Program-made: the position numbers and the translations under genes | The notes under the pieces: model-generated | The model's input: the letters and a program-made list of their open reading frames with translations, nothing else | What the model was told of the DNA's origin: nothing | The model's database searches: none | In this document: one piece after another, positions 25,638-35,148 of the stretch | How positions within the stretch are numbered: the first letter of the stretch is position 1 | Layout: each line of letters opens with the position of its first letter | Source of the DNA: Planctomycetota bacterium | Lineage (GTDB): Bacteria > Planctomycetota > B15-G4 | Length of the DNA: 64,000 bases | Assembly (NCBI GenBank): GCA_965248575.1 | Contig: CBDFJQ010000002.1 | Span: forward strand, 4,896,001-4,960,000 | Reading direction: 5' to 3'

Positions 25638-26921
25638 ATGGTGATGTACCCGCTGAAGTCTCGGGAGAACGTTGACCGCAGCCGGCAAGCTCTGCTGCTT
25701 GGAGCCATGGCTGCGCTGGCGTTGGGCTTCACCGCGCCCTCCACGGGGGACAGCCTGGGGCCCATGCCCGCGGTCGGTGTGGAAGGGGGGCCGCGCAACC
25801 CGCTCGCGGGCGACACCAAGGAGCGCTGGCTGCATGGGCGTGAGCTCTTCGCACGGGAGTTCACAGCGAGTGAGGGGTTGGGCCCGCTCTCCAACGCCCC
25901 CAGCTGCGGCAGTTGCCACAACCAGCCGGTGCTCGGTGGCGCCGGCGGCCTGGAGCACAACGTGGGCGGCGATGAGGTGCTCGGGGCGTTGGAGAGCTAC
26001 TCCCTGCGCGGCGCGCCGACGGGCCGCGGTTCGAGCGTGCAGGCTTCGAACGCGCGCTCCCGACGCAGGGCGATGGCCTTCTGCCCGGACGATGAGCCGT
26101 CGGAGCCGCGGCCGATCGGCATCCAGACGCCGAGCCTGCTGGGCCTGAGCATGATCGAGACGATCCCTGACCACGTGCTGCTCGAGCTGGAAGACCCAGC
26201 TGACCAAGACCGGGACGGCATCCGCGGCGTGGCTCCCCGCATCTCCATGCCGGAGGGTCGGGTCGAGTTGGGTCGCTTCGGGTGGCGGTCCCAGGCTCCG
26301 AGCCTGGACGACTTCGTGCGCGGCGCCTGCGCTGGAGAACTCGGGATGACCGTGCCCTGGAACGAACGGGAGTTCGGCGTCTTCGAGGACGGTGACGGGC
26401 GCGTGGACCCCGAGCTGACCCGGCACGACCTGCTGAACCTCACCATCTACTGCGCGGAGTTGGCGGCACCGTCTCGGACCAGGGGCGAGAACCCTGCCCA
26501 GGCTCGGCGCGGCGAACAGCTGTTCGAGAGCACGGGCTGCGCGGCCTGCCATGTGCCCGTCCTCTACGGCACCGAGGGGCCCGTGATGCTGTACTCCGAC
26601 CTGCTGACCCACCATGTGGTCGAGCGACGCCCGCTCTCAGACGAGGAACGACGGGTGTTGGCCTTCATCCCGCGCGTCGCCGGCGAGAAACGGGAAGGAG
26701 GCCGCTCGACCGAGGGCGACCTCCCGGGCCCGGAACGCTTCAGGACACCGCCGCTGTGGGGCATCGCCCGGACCGCGCCCTATCTGCACGATGGCAGGGC
26801 AGCGACCCTGTCGGCGGCCATCGAGGGGCATGCACTGGAGGCCTCGGGGTCCCGGGAGCGCTGGCGTGGCCTGGAGGACGCCGAGCGCGACGACCTGCTG
26901 GCCTTCCTCGCCGAGTTGTAG
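25638..26921 (+). CDS. Di-heme oxidoreductase family protein (DHOR/DUF1111)
   Basis: GLGP..NAPSCGSCH, DPADQDRDGIRG, GRFGW, CAACH, FRTPPLWG and PYLHDGRA. Confidence 0.9.
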   Translation: MVMYPLKSRENVDRSRQALLLGAMAALALGFTAPSTGDSLGPMPAVGVEGGPRNPLAGDTKERWLHGRELFAREFTASEGLGPLSNAPSCGSCHNQPVLGGAGGLEHNVGGDEVLGALESYSLRGAPTGRGSSVQASNARSRRRAMAFCPDDEPSEPRPIGIQTPSLLGLSMIETIPDHVLLELEDPADQDRDGIRGVAPRISMPEGRVELGRFGWRSQAPSLDDFVRGACAGELGMTVPWNEREFGVFEDGDGRVDPELTRHDLLNLTIYCAELAAPSRTRGENPAQARRGEQLFESTGCAACHVPVLYGTEGPVMLYSDLLTHHVVERRPLSDEERRVLAFIPRVAGEKREGGRSTEGDLPGPERFRTPPLWGIARTAPYLHDGRAATLSAAIEGHALEASGSRERWRGLEDAERDDLLAFLAEL

Positions 26922-27024
26922 GCGGATGCCGCCTCCTGGGTCGTGGGGTTTGGTTCCCGCGCGCTGAGACAGGAACTGCCGCGCTGGGGCTCTCGTGGAG
27001 CGCGGCGATGCTCGAGTACCCGGG

Positions 27025-28074
27025 CTAGCTCTCGCCACCGAGTTGCAGGCTGGCCATCTTCAGCGGAGGTTGCCCGTCGAGTGATGGGAAGTCCTCGTCG
27101 GGAGTGATCAGCTGCATGTCGACCACCGTGCGTCGGTTCTTCGCGGCGCAGCGACGCAGGCTCTCAAGCCAGGTGGATGCCTCGACCCGGGCCACATGGT
27201 TGGTGACCAGCAGGCTGCCCCCCGGGCGCGTCGCGAGCAGGGCGGGCTTGAACACACTCTGGTAGTCACGCACCAGGTCCACGACGCCGAAGGGGCTCTT
27301 GGCCCAGGTGGGTGGGTCCAGGATCACGAGGTCGAACTGCCTCCGCGCCAGCTTGTCGAACTTCGGCAGCTTGCCGTAGCGGCCCCTGACGCTCAGCCCC
27401 GCCAGCTGACGTGCGACCACGAAGGCATCGCCTTGCATGAACACTTGGGAGGTCGCGCTGGGCTCGTTGAGTGAGACGTTGTGTTCGCCCACCGCGAGGG
27501 CGGACTCCGCGAAGTCCACGTTCCACACCTCGGCTGCACCGCCCGCGGCTGCCGCTACTCCAATACCACAGGTGTAAGCGAAGAGATTCAGGACCTGCGC
27601 GCCGGCATGCTGTTCGCAGTAGCGACGGATGTGCCGCCGCCCCGCGCGGAAGTCGAGGAACAGGAGCGGGTCGAGGCCGCGGTGACGTGGGGCCACGCTG
27701 TAGGCGAGCCCTTGCTCCAGGGCCGTGGGGTGCTCCGGTAGATCGCCTGGCTGGTGCCAGGTGTCGAAGGTCTCCGCGCGAGCCTTGCCCCGGTGGTTCC
27801 ACACGGGTTGCAAGGGGACGCCCAATGTTTCGGAGGCCAGCGCACTGAGGGATTCGAGTTGGCCGGGCTCGAGAGCTTCCTTCCAGGTCTGGATCAGCAG
27901 CAGTTCGCCGTAGCGATCGATGGTCAGACCGGGTGCGCCTTCGGCGACGCCGTGCAGCAAGCGGTAGCAGTCGGTGCGGTCGCCGCTGCCATCGCTGGAA
28001 CCGGTGCAACGCTCGAGGAATCCGGCGCGGCGTTGCAAGGCCGTGCGCAAGCAGTCTGCAGTCGAGGGGGTCAT
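27025..28074 (-). CDS. RlmI/RlmK-like class I SAM-dependent rRNA methyltransferase
   Basis: YRLLHG..EGAPGLTIDRYG, LFLDFR, VLNLFAYT and FDLVILDPP. Start ATG 28074. Confidence 0.88.
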   Translation of the reverse strand: MTPSTADCLRTALQRRAGFLERCTGSSDGSGDRTDCYRLLHGVAEGAPGLTIDRYGELLLIQTWKEALEPGQLESLSALASETLGVPLQPVWNHRGKARAETFDTWHQPGDLPEHPTALEQGLAYSVAPRHRGLDPLLFLDFRAGRRHIRRYCEQHAGAQVLNLFAYTCGIGVAAAAGGAAEVWNVDFAESALAVGEHNVSLNEPSATSQVFMQGDAFVVARQLAGLSVRGRYGKLPKFDKLARRQFDLVILDPPTWAKSPFGVVDLVRDYQSVFKPALLATRPGGSLLVTNHVARVEASTWLESLRRCAAKNRRTVVDMQLITPDEDFPSLDGQPPLKMASLQLGGES

Positions 28075-28099
28075 GGTGGGGGCGCCGTGCAGGCTCGCC

Positions 28100-29572
28100 T
28101 CAGTCCAATCCGGTTGTGGCGCGCAGCCAGCTGGCGATGATCTCCAAGACCTCGGGCGAGAGCGTCTCTTCGATGCTGGCGTATTCGTCGACGCGCCCGG
28201 TGGTCGTGCTTTGGAAGATGTGGTTGAGGCCCGGCAAGGCACGCGTGATGACCTGGGTGTTTCCAGCGGTTGCTGCCGCAGACGTCACCGCTCCGAGGTT
28301 TTGCTCGTGCAGGACTTGCAGGTCCAATTCGCCATTGAGGGCGAGGATCGGGATGTCGAGGGTGCTGAGCGGCTCACGAGCATCAAGGGTCAGGAAGCCA
28401 CGCATCCATTCCGTCTGGAACTGCGCGACCAAGCCATCGATGGCTTGCTCGAATTGCGGGCGCACCGCTGCGGGCAGGAACTCCATCGAGCTGAGACCCG
28501 CCTGGGCCAGGACCAGGCCGGCACTGGCTTCTCTCAGGTCCTCGGCCGAAGCTGCGTCGATGCACAAGTCGAGCACTCTCCCTTGCAGGACGAGTTGTTG
28601 GGCGATGTTGACCTCCGGGACACCGTTCGAGCGCAGCACGGCTTGGAGTTGCAGCGGCATCAGGTCCCGACCGGGAACCATGCTGCCCGCCAAGAGCAGC
28701 AGGAAGCTGACGTCGTCTCGCTCGACAGCGACAAAGGGGGCCAGCCCGCCGCCTTCGCTGTGGCCGCCGACGCCCAGGCGCGTCGGGTCGATGTTTGCTT
28801 CTGTGCGCAGCACGTCGAAGCCCGCCACGGCATCGCTCACGAAGTCCATGCCTGTGGCTGCGGCGAAGTCCCCTTCGGAGTCGCCGATGCCCCGATCATC
28901 CATGCGCAGGACGGCGATGCCGGCCCGGGCCAGATGGTCTGCCAACACATGGAACGGCTTGTGGGCGAACAAGGTCTCATCGCGATCTTGAGGCCCCGAA
29001 CCCGTCATGAGCACGAGCGCGGGGTGGGGCCCCTCACCCGCGGGGACCGTCAACGTCCCTGCCAGCACGATGCCCGCTTCCGTGTTGGGGACCTTCAGCT
29101 CGCGCACGGCGTAGGGATACGGAGGCTGCGGCAGCTGGGGGCGCCTGGGCCCGATCGTGTCTCCCTGCGCGAGACGGTCGAATCGGAACGGTACCGTCTG
29201 TCCGCGTTGAGTCATGGACCCGGACCAGCCCCCGGTCGGATCAGGTGTCACTGAGAAGCTCGCTTGGAGTGTGGCGGATCCGAAGCTCACGGCAGCCGAA
29301 TCGAGACTCACGTCCTTGAGCGGCAAGCCCGTGACGCCCTGAGCAGGGATGTCCACGGTGCCTGACCAGCTGCCGTCCTCGGCACGCTCGAAGTTCAGCG
29401 CCAAAACCACCGTCTGGCCCGGGACCTCGAGCATGGCCTTGTAGCGCCCGGGCGCGAAGCTCGTTGCCGCGGCCTCCTGTGATGCGGGAGGGGCCAGAGA
29501 TGGCAGAGACCACAGGGATGCCAGGGGCGAAGCCACCCACAACGTGAGGGTCATGAGGAGCGGAAGCGTCAT
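28100..29572 (-). CDS. Secreted alpha/beta hydrolase
   Basis: GSGPQDRDE, GHSEGG nucleophile elbow, LNGELDLQV and PGLNHIFQ; signal peptide. Confidence 0.9.
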   Translation of the reverse strand: MTLPLLMTLTLWVASPLASLWSLPSLAPPASQEAAATSFAPGRYKAMLEVPGQTVVLALNFERAEDGSWSGTVDIPAQGVTGLPLKDVSLDSAAVSFGSATLQASFSVTPDPTGGWSGSMTQRGQTVPFRFDRLAQGDTIGPRRPQLPQPPYPYAVRELKVPNTEAGIVLAGTLTVPAGEGPHPALVLMTGSGPQDRDETLFAHKPFHVLADHLARAGIAVLRMDDRGIGDSEGDFAAATGMDFVSDAVAGFDVLRTEANIDPTRLGVGGHSEGGGLAPFVAVERDDVSFLLLLAGSMVPGRDLMPLQLQAVLRSNGVPEVNIAQQLVLQGRVLDLCIDAASAEDLREASAGLVLAQAGLSSMEFLPAAVRPQFEQAIDGLVAQFQTEWMRGFLTLDAREPLSTLDIPILALNGELDLQVLHEQNLGAVTSAAATAGNTQVITRALPGLNHIFQSTTTGRVDEYASIEETLSPEVLEIIASWLRATTGLD

Positions 29573-29678
29573 GGAGTCTCTCGGGAGAAGGGTGCGAGAT
29601 CATAACCACCCTGTGCCCAACCCCATCCACTGGCCGTGTGTCAGGGGCGAGGGGCAGGTGTGCCTGTATCATCCGGCG

Positions 29679-32327
29679 ATGCGTGACTCGATGTCTCTGA
29701 TTGTTTCCGTCCCCGGCTGTCGTCGCTCTGCAGCTGGGGGAGCTGATCGTTGGCTCGGGTTGATCGCCTGCTTGCTGTGCTGCGCGAGTGCGGCCCGGGG
29801 CCAGCAGGGAGATGTTCCGAACCAGCTGCAACCGCCTCTGCCGGCGGAGCTCGTCGTGCCTGCTGCTCCAGCACTCACTCCCGAGCAGGAGGCGGCGAGC
29901 TTCGAGTTGCCTGACGGTTTGAAGATCGAGCTCGTGGCTGCGGAGCCGCTGCTGAACTCACCGGTCATGGCGACCTTCGATCTTGACGGGCGTCTCTGGG
30001 TCGTGGAGATGTCGGGCTACATGCGCGACGCCGATGGAAACGGTGAGCGCGAACCCACGGGCGCCATCGTCATCCTGGATGACGACGATGGGGATGGGCG
30101 CATGGATCGCCGGTCGGTCTTCCTGGACGGGCTCGTCTTGCCGCGCTCGGTCGCCCCTACGCGCGGCGGAGCCCTGGTGATCGCACCTCCCGATGTGCTG
30201 TTTTGCAGGGACACGGATGGCGACGGCAGGGCCGACGATTTGCAGGTGGTGGACACGGGGCTCGCTGGCCTCGAGAGCCCTGAACATGCTCCCAACGGGT
30301 TGCTTCCCACCCTCGATAATGTCTTCGCCTGCGCGAATCACGGCCGTCGCTATCGATTCGAGGACGACGCCTGGGTGCTGGAGCGCACCGCTGGTGGGGG
30401 GCAGTGGGGGATCAGCCAGGACGACCTCGGTCGCCTGTTCTTCAACACGAATTCGGATCCCTTGCGCGCGGATCTGGTCGCGAGCCGCTACTCGCTGCGC
30501 AACCCTCTGCACGGTGCGGTGTCGGGCGTCAACGTGGGCTTGGCGCCTGACCGTCAGGCGTGGCCGTCGCGCATGACCACGGGGGTCAACCGGGGTTATC
30601 TGCCCGACACGCTGCGAGACGATTGGACCCTTCGAGAGGTCACAGCGGTGTGTGCCCCGTGGGTCTTTCGCGGTGACGCGCTGCGCGCCGAGGATCGTGA
30701 CAGCGTGTTCGTGTGTGAGCCGGCAGGCAACCTCGTGCAACGCTACCAGTTGGAACGCGACGCTTCGGGAGCCCTCGTCGCACGCAATCCGCATACGGGG
30801 CGGGACTTCCTGACGAGTACCGATGAGCGCTTTCGTCCGGTCAACGCAATGGGAGGGCCGGACGGTGCCCTGTACATCGTGGATATGTACCGCGGTGTCC
30901 TGCAGCACAAGATCTTCATGACGAGTTGGCTGCGCGCCCAGGTCGAGGGCAGGGCGCTCGAGCAGCCGCTGGACGGCGGACGGATCTGGCGGGTCGTGCG
31001 GGAGGAGGGGGCCAAGGCGGGAGCTGGCTTGCCGGCTCGCAGCGATTTGCCGGCCCTTGTCCATGCGCTGACGTCGCCGTTGGGCTGGCAGCGCGATCGA
31101 GCTCAGCAAGCCCTGGTTGAGTTTGCTGCGGGGCAAGGGGCGGACGCCCAGGCGGCGACGGCGGAGCAGCTCGCCGATCAGGTCAGATCTCTCGCTGAGC
31201 AGTCGGAGGACCCGCTCGCTCGTGTACACGCGTTGTGGACGTTGGATGGGCGTGGCGCGCTGCACGTGGACGACGTGCGGCGGGCGCTGGCCGATGTCGA
31301 TCTGCGCGTGCGCCTCACGGCCCTGCGCTTGGCAGAAGCCTACGTGGGTGCGCATCGGGACGTGGCGGGCGCGGTGGCTCTGCTCGAGGCGAGCGAGGTT
31401 GATCTGCCCGAGCTCCAGCACCAGGCACTCTTGAGCCTGGGCGCCTCTGCCTCCAGCACATGCACCAAGGCCCTGGCCGCGGCCATCCGTCGGGACGCCT
31501 CCAGCCCGGAGCGGCGTTCGGCCGTGCTCAGCGCGCTGCTCGGGCGGGGAGCCTCGTTCCTTGATCTGCTGCTGCAGGAGCCTGATTGGAGTGAGCCCGT
31601 CAGTGAGCCCGCTGAAGGGCGGGCCACGTTCTTGCGGCTGCTGTCGCGAAACATCGGCCGTACGCGCGCCACAGAGGGAGTCGCCGCGGTGTTGTCGGCG
31701 GCGCTGCGCAAGGAGGCAGCGAGCTGGCAGACGAACGCGCTGTTGTCCGGCCTGCTGGACGCCCGGGCGCCGGATGCCCGTGGGCAGGCAGGGCGACTTC
31801 CGTTGGCTTCGCGCCCCGCAAGTTGGGAGGCCCTGTTGGAGTGCCCGGCAACGGTCGCCGCGGAGGTCGCGCAAGCCCTGGTGTTCCCGGGGCATCCGAC
31901 GCCCGATGAGCGCCGCCCCGTGCGTGCCCTCCAACCCCATGAACAACTGGCCTTTGAGCAGGGGCGCAAACTCTACGCCGTGGCCTGCGCCAGTTGTCAC
32001 CAGGCCTCGGGCCGAGGAATGATCGGCAAGGCGCCACGACTCGTGGACTCGCCCTGGGTGCTTGGAGAGCCCGCGCGTCTCGCGCGCATCCTCCTGCACG
32101 GGCTCAACGGCCCGGTCCTGGTGGACGGTCGCCTGTGGAACCTGGACATGCCGGCGCTTGCCGTGGATGACCAGAGCCTGGCGGCCCTGCTCACCTATGT
32201 CCGTCGCGAGTGGGGACACGGAGGCGAACCGGTGTCAGCAGACTTCGTTTCGGAAGTGCGCGCAAAGACGGGCGACCGCCTCCTGCCCTGGACCGTCGCA
32301 GAGCTGGAGGCGCTTCCCGCTCGCTAG
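29679..32327 (+). CDS. PVC-type heme-binding protein (beta-propeller dehydrogenase-like + HEAT repeats + cytochrome c); start approximate
   Basis: ELVAAEP, GRLWVVEM.GYM, DTDGDGRAD, FRPVN..GPDGALYIVDMYRG; C-terminal CASCH...MP. Confidence 0.9.
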   Translation: MRDSMSLIVSVPGCRRSAAGGADRWLGLIACLLCCASAARGQQGDVPNQLQPPLPAELVVPAAPALTPEQEAASFELPDGLKIELVAAEPLLNSPVMATFDLDGRLWVVEMSGYMRDADGNGEREPTGAIVILDDDDGDGRMDRRSVFLDGLVLPRSVAPTRGGALVIAPPDVLFCRDTDGDGRADDLQVVDTGLAGLESPEHAPNGLLPTLDNVFACANHGRRYRFEDDAWVLERTAGGGQWGISQDDLGRLFFNTNSDPLRADLVASRYSLRNPLHGAVSGVNVGLAPDRQAWPSRMTTGVNRGYLPDTLRDDWTLREVTAVCAPWVFRGDALRAEDRDSVFVCEPAGNLVQRYQLERDASGALVARNPHTGRDFLTSTDERFRPVNAMGGPDGALYIVDMYRGVLQHKIFMTSWLRAQVEGRALEQPLDGGRIWRVVREEGAKAGAGLPARSDLPALVHALTSPLGWQRDRAQQALVEFAAGQGADAQAATAEQLADQVRSLAEQSEDPLARVHALWTLDGRGALHVDDVRRALADVDLRVRLTALRLAEAYVGAHRDVAGAVALLEASEVDLPELQHQALLSLGASASSTCTKALAAAIRRDASSPERRSAVLSALLGRGASFLDLLLQEPDWSEPVSEPAEGRATFLRLLSRNIGRTRATEGVAAVLSAALRKEAASWQTNALLSGLLDARAPDARGQAGRLPLASRPASWEALLECPATVAAEVAQALVFPGHPTPDERRPVRALQPHEQLAFEQGRKLYAVACASCHQASGRGMIGKAPRLVDSPWVLGEPARLARILLHGLNGPVLVDGRLWNLDMPALAVDDQSLAALLTYVRREWGHGGEPVSADFVSEVRAKTGDRLLPWTVAELEALPAR

Positions 32328-32365
32328 AAGGCGTGTCAGGCAGGACACTCTGTCTTCAGCGTGCC

Positions 32366-32470
32366 GAGGGGGCGTGATTCTCGGGCACCAAGTCTGCAGC
32401 TCAGACAACGAGGCGAACAGACGCCTCGAAAACTCGCCTCAGACCAGGAACCCAAGAATCACGCCCCCTC
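32366..32470. repeat. 105-bp element bounded by 20-bp inverted repeats (19/20 match) with an internal hairpin
   Basis: GAGGGGGCGTGATTCTCGGG (32366-32385) vs CCCAAGAATCACGCCCCCTC (32451-32470); inner CGAGGCG-N6-CGCCTCG (32409-32428). Confidence 0.75.
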
Positions 32471-32531
32471 TCGCCGTTGGATGTCGTACAGCCGCGACCG
32501 GCGAAACCTTGCGTGACCCGATGGGCGTCGC

Positions 32532-34211
32532 TCAGTCGGCTGGAAGGGAGGTCAGGGTCTCAGCTGAGATCACGCGGAGCGCGTCGTCTTCACTCAGCTC
32601 AATGCGGAGGTCCGCACCTGCGGATCCCGTGCCCCGCGGGGTTGTGCGATCCATGAGCGTTTTCCCATCCAGCACGATGGCGAGGCGGCTTCCTACAGCG
32701 TGCAGTTCGAGCACGTGTTTCGACCCGGGCTCGTCAGGGGTTTCGGAGTTCCCAACGTCCAGGACCTCGTCGAAGGGGTGGAGGTGTGCGCGTAGGATTC
32801 CTGTGCCGGTGTAGGTCAGTCGGAGGGAGGTGATCTCGGGGCCGACGGCGTAGGGCAAGTCATGGCCTCCGTCCCCGGACAGCACGTTGGGAGTTACGGC
32901 ATGGGGTACCCAGCGGTGCTGGCCCAGGTGGCGAAGGTTCAGGTTCCGCCAGCGGATCTTCCCGGCTTGGCCGCTGTGGACCTGTAGGCCGAGCACGCCA
33001 GCGAGGGTCATGCCGTCGAGGTGGTCTGCAGCCGGGACGCCGTTGACCCAAGAGCGCAGCGAGGGGCCGATGGCTTCGATGTGGTAGTGGTTCCAGCCCG
33101 TGAGGTCGAAGGCAGCGCGCGCCAGCGGGGTGTCGCTCAGGTCGTCGAGCCAGCCCCGACGCCGCTCGTCATACAAGCCGCCGGACCAGGACCGTTCGCT
33201 GGGGTCGATTTCGATCTGGTAGCCGGACAGCGTGTTGTTGGTCGGGTCGACGGTGCTGCGGATCTGGATGCCGGAGTTGCCGAGCACGTCGAGCTTCACG
33301 TCCACATCCAGCAAGAAGTCGCCGAAGTTCCCCTGGGTCGTGAGGAAGCTTTGCTGTCCGCCGGTGACTTCGCCGGTGATGGTGCTGCCGTCGCAGGTGT
33401 AGCGGGCGTCGCCGATGCGGGACCAGCCGCTGAGCTCGGGCCCCAGGTCGAGCTGCACCATCTCGCCAGGCAGGGTGTCGAGATTCCGCACGTGGACGTT
33501 CCGGAACCAGACCTCGTTGTCGTGGTCTTGCAAGACGATGTGGCCCGGGCCGAAGCCGAAGCGGGGCAGGTCGGCGAATTTGCTGGCGCGGTGCGCCGTG
33601 TCCCACTCAGGTGTGCCGAGCTGGACACTCACCACGCGCACGTCGTTCAGCCAATGTTCAAGCAGCGGGCCGTTGGCGACGATGCGCCCCCGTTGGAACT
33701 CGCCGGCGAGGGCGACAGGTTTGTCTTGCGGGGAGGCGAGATCGTAGAGCGCGGAGGCCGAGGTGTTCGGCGTCCTGCCGTTGGGGTGCAGCGCATCGTC
33801 GAGGACCTGATACTCCGGCCCTCGTGCCGCCTGGCCGGGGGTGAGCTGGGGAACCCGCACTTTCACGCCGCTGTTGGCGCCGGGCGCCACCTTCCATTCG
33901 AAGCGTAGCTCGAAGTTCTCGTAGAGCCCGGGGGAGACGAGGTCGCCACCTTGTCCGCCGGCTTGCAGATGGAGCGTGCCGTCTGCGAAGGACCAGCCGG
34001 GGCCGATGAGCGCGTCGTCGTCCGAGTTCGCTCGGCTGCCGCGCCAACCCGGCAAACCCTGGGCCAGGAGGTCGGTCCAGCCCGCCTGGCGGTCGATGTC
34101 GCTCAGGTTGAATGGGGCGTGCGGTGCGTCCGTCCGGGGCAGCGTGCAAGCGGCATGAACCAGGAGGCTCACCAGCAAGGCGAGCAGGCGTGTGGGTGCG
34201 TTGAGTGGCAT
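32532..34211 (-). CDS. Tandem DUF1080 (3-keto-disaccharide hydrolase-like) protein
   Basis: Two domains with NFELRFEWK..GANSG..EYQVLD..GHIVLQDH and FGDFLL..NSGIQIRS..GYQIEID..LGLQVH; AGGAGA RBS; possible lipobox HAAC. Confidence 0.9.
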   Translation of the reverse strand: MPLNAPTRLLALLVSLLVHAACTLPRTDAPHAPFNLSDIDRQAGWTDLLAQGLPGWRGSRANSDDDALIGPGWSFADGTLHLQAGGQGGDLVSPGLYENFELRFEWKVAPGANSGVKVRVPQLTPGQAARGPEYQVLDDALHPNGRTPNTSASALYDLASPQDKPVALAGEFQRGRIVANGPLLEHWLNDVRVVSVQLGTPEWDTAHRASKFADLPRFGFGPGHIVLQDHDNEVWFRNVHVRNLDTLPGEMVQLDLGPELSGWSRIGDARYTCDGSTITGEVTGGQQSFLTTQGNFGDFLLDVDVKLDVLGNSGIQIRSTVDPTNNTLSGYQIEIDPSERSWSGGLYDERRRGWLDDLSDTPLARAAFDLTGWNHYHIEAIGPSLRSWVNGVPAADHLDGMTLAGVLGLQVHSGQAGKIRWRNLNLRHLGQHRWVPHAVTPNVLSGDGGHDLPYAVGPEITSLRLTYTGTGILRAHLHPFDEVLDVGNSETPDEPGSKHVLELHAVGSRLAIVLDGKTLMDRTTPRGTGSAGADLRIELSEDDALRVISAETLTSLPAD

Positions 34212-34296
34212 TCTCCTACTGTAACGGGAGCCGACGGCGCACAGCCTGTGGCATGCTGGAAGCCTCGCATAGGTTTGTCAGCAGCTCGGAGCCGTC

Positions 34297-35085
34297 ATGC
34301 AGGAGGGAGCAGGCCACAGCACGTCGGCGCGTCGAGTGTTCGTGGACGACGACTTCGCCACCACCCGCTGGAGCCTGGTGGCTGCCGCTGCGGCGGGTGA
34401 GGAGGACGGTCCCGTCGCCCGGGCGGCGTTAGAGGCTTTGTGCCAGGCGTACTGGTCGCCGCTGCATGCCTACGTGCGGCGCCGCGTATCGAACGAACAT
34501 GAAGCGCGGGACCTGACCCAGGGCTTCTTTGCCCGCCTCCTGGAACGACGGGACTTTGGCTCAGCCCGGCGTGACCGTGGGCGCATGCGTGCGTACCTTC
34601 TGACCGCCTTGAAGCACTACCTGGCCAACGAATGGGACAAGCAGCGGGCCCAGAAGCGTGGAGGAGGGGTGCAGCCGTTGTCGCTCGACTTCGAGTCGGG
34701 CTCCGTGAGCAAGCTCCCCGGAGTGGAGGGTGCCGAGACACCGGACCAGGCCTTCGAGCGCCAGTGGGTGGCAAGCCTCTTGGGTCTGGTGCTGGATCGT
34801 CTCCGAAATGAAGCCGTCGCGCAGGGCAAGCAGCAGCAATTTGATGTGCTGAAGTCGTCGCTCACGGGCAGTGCGGAGCGGGGCGAGCTCAGCCAGGCAG
34901 CACAGACGCTGGGCCTCAGTGAGGGGGCCACACGCATGGCAGCCAGCCGCTTGAGGGAACGCTACCGCCAGCTGCTGAGAGAGGAAATCGCGCGAACCCT
35001 GTGCGAACCCGCGGATTCGGCAGCCGTGGACGAGGAGATCGCGGGGCTCTTCGCATCGGTCAGGCCGCTTCCAAAAATCCTGTGA
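34297..35085 (+). CDS. ECF sigma factor of the Ser/Thr-kinase-associated type
   Basis: FATTRWSLV, LCQAYWSPL..Y, DLTQGFF, AQKRGGG, FERQW and RLRERY..LLREEIA motifs; directly followed by an STK. Confidence 0.9.
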   Translation: MQEGAGHSTSARRVFVDDDFATTRWSLVAAAAAGEEDGPVARAALEALCQAYWSPLHAYVRRRVSNEHEARDLTQGFFARLLERRDFGSARRDRGRMRAYLLTALKHYLANEWDKQRAQKRGGGVQPLSLDFESGSVSKLPGVEGAETPDQAFERQWVASLLGLVLDRLRNEAVAQGKQQQFDVLKSSLTGSAERGELSQAAQTLGLSEGATRMAASRLRERYRQLLREEIARTLCEPADSAAVDEEIAGLFASVRPLPKIL

Positions 35086-35148
35086 CGGAAGGAGGATCTT
35101 GCTGCAGAGGAGAGTGAGACAGCACTCCCCGACTGGAAGAACCCACCC

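Noticed and set aside
29958..32219. 753-aa minus-strand ORF and similar long antisense ORFs (e.g. 10131-11825, 34561-36003, 6607-7863)
   Set aside because: Stop-poor shadows of well-supported genes in GC-rich DNA, with no recognisable motifs.
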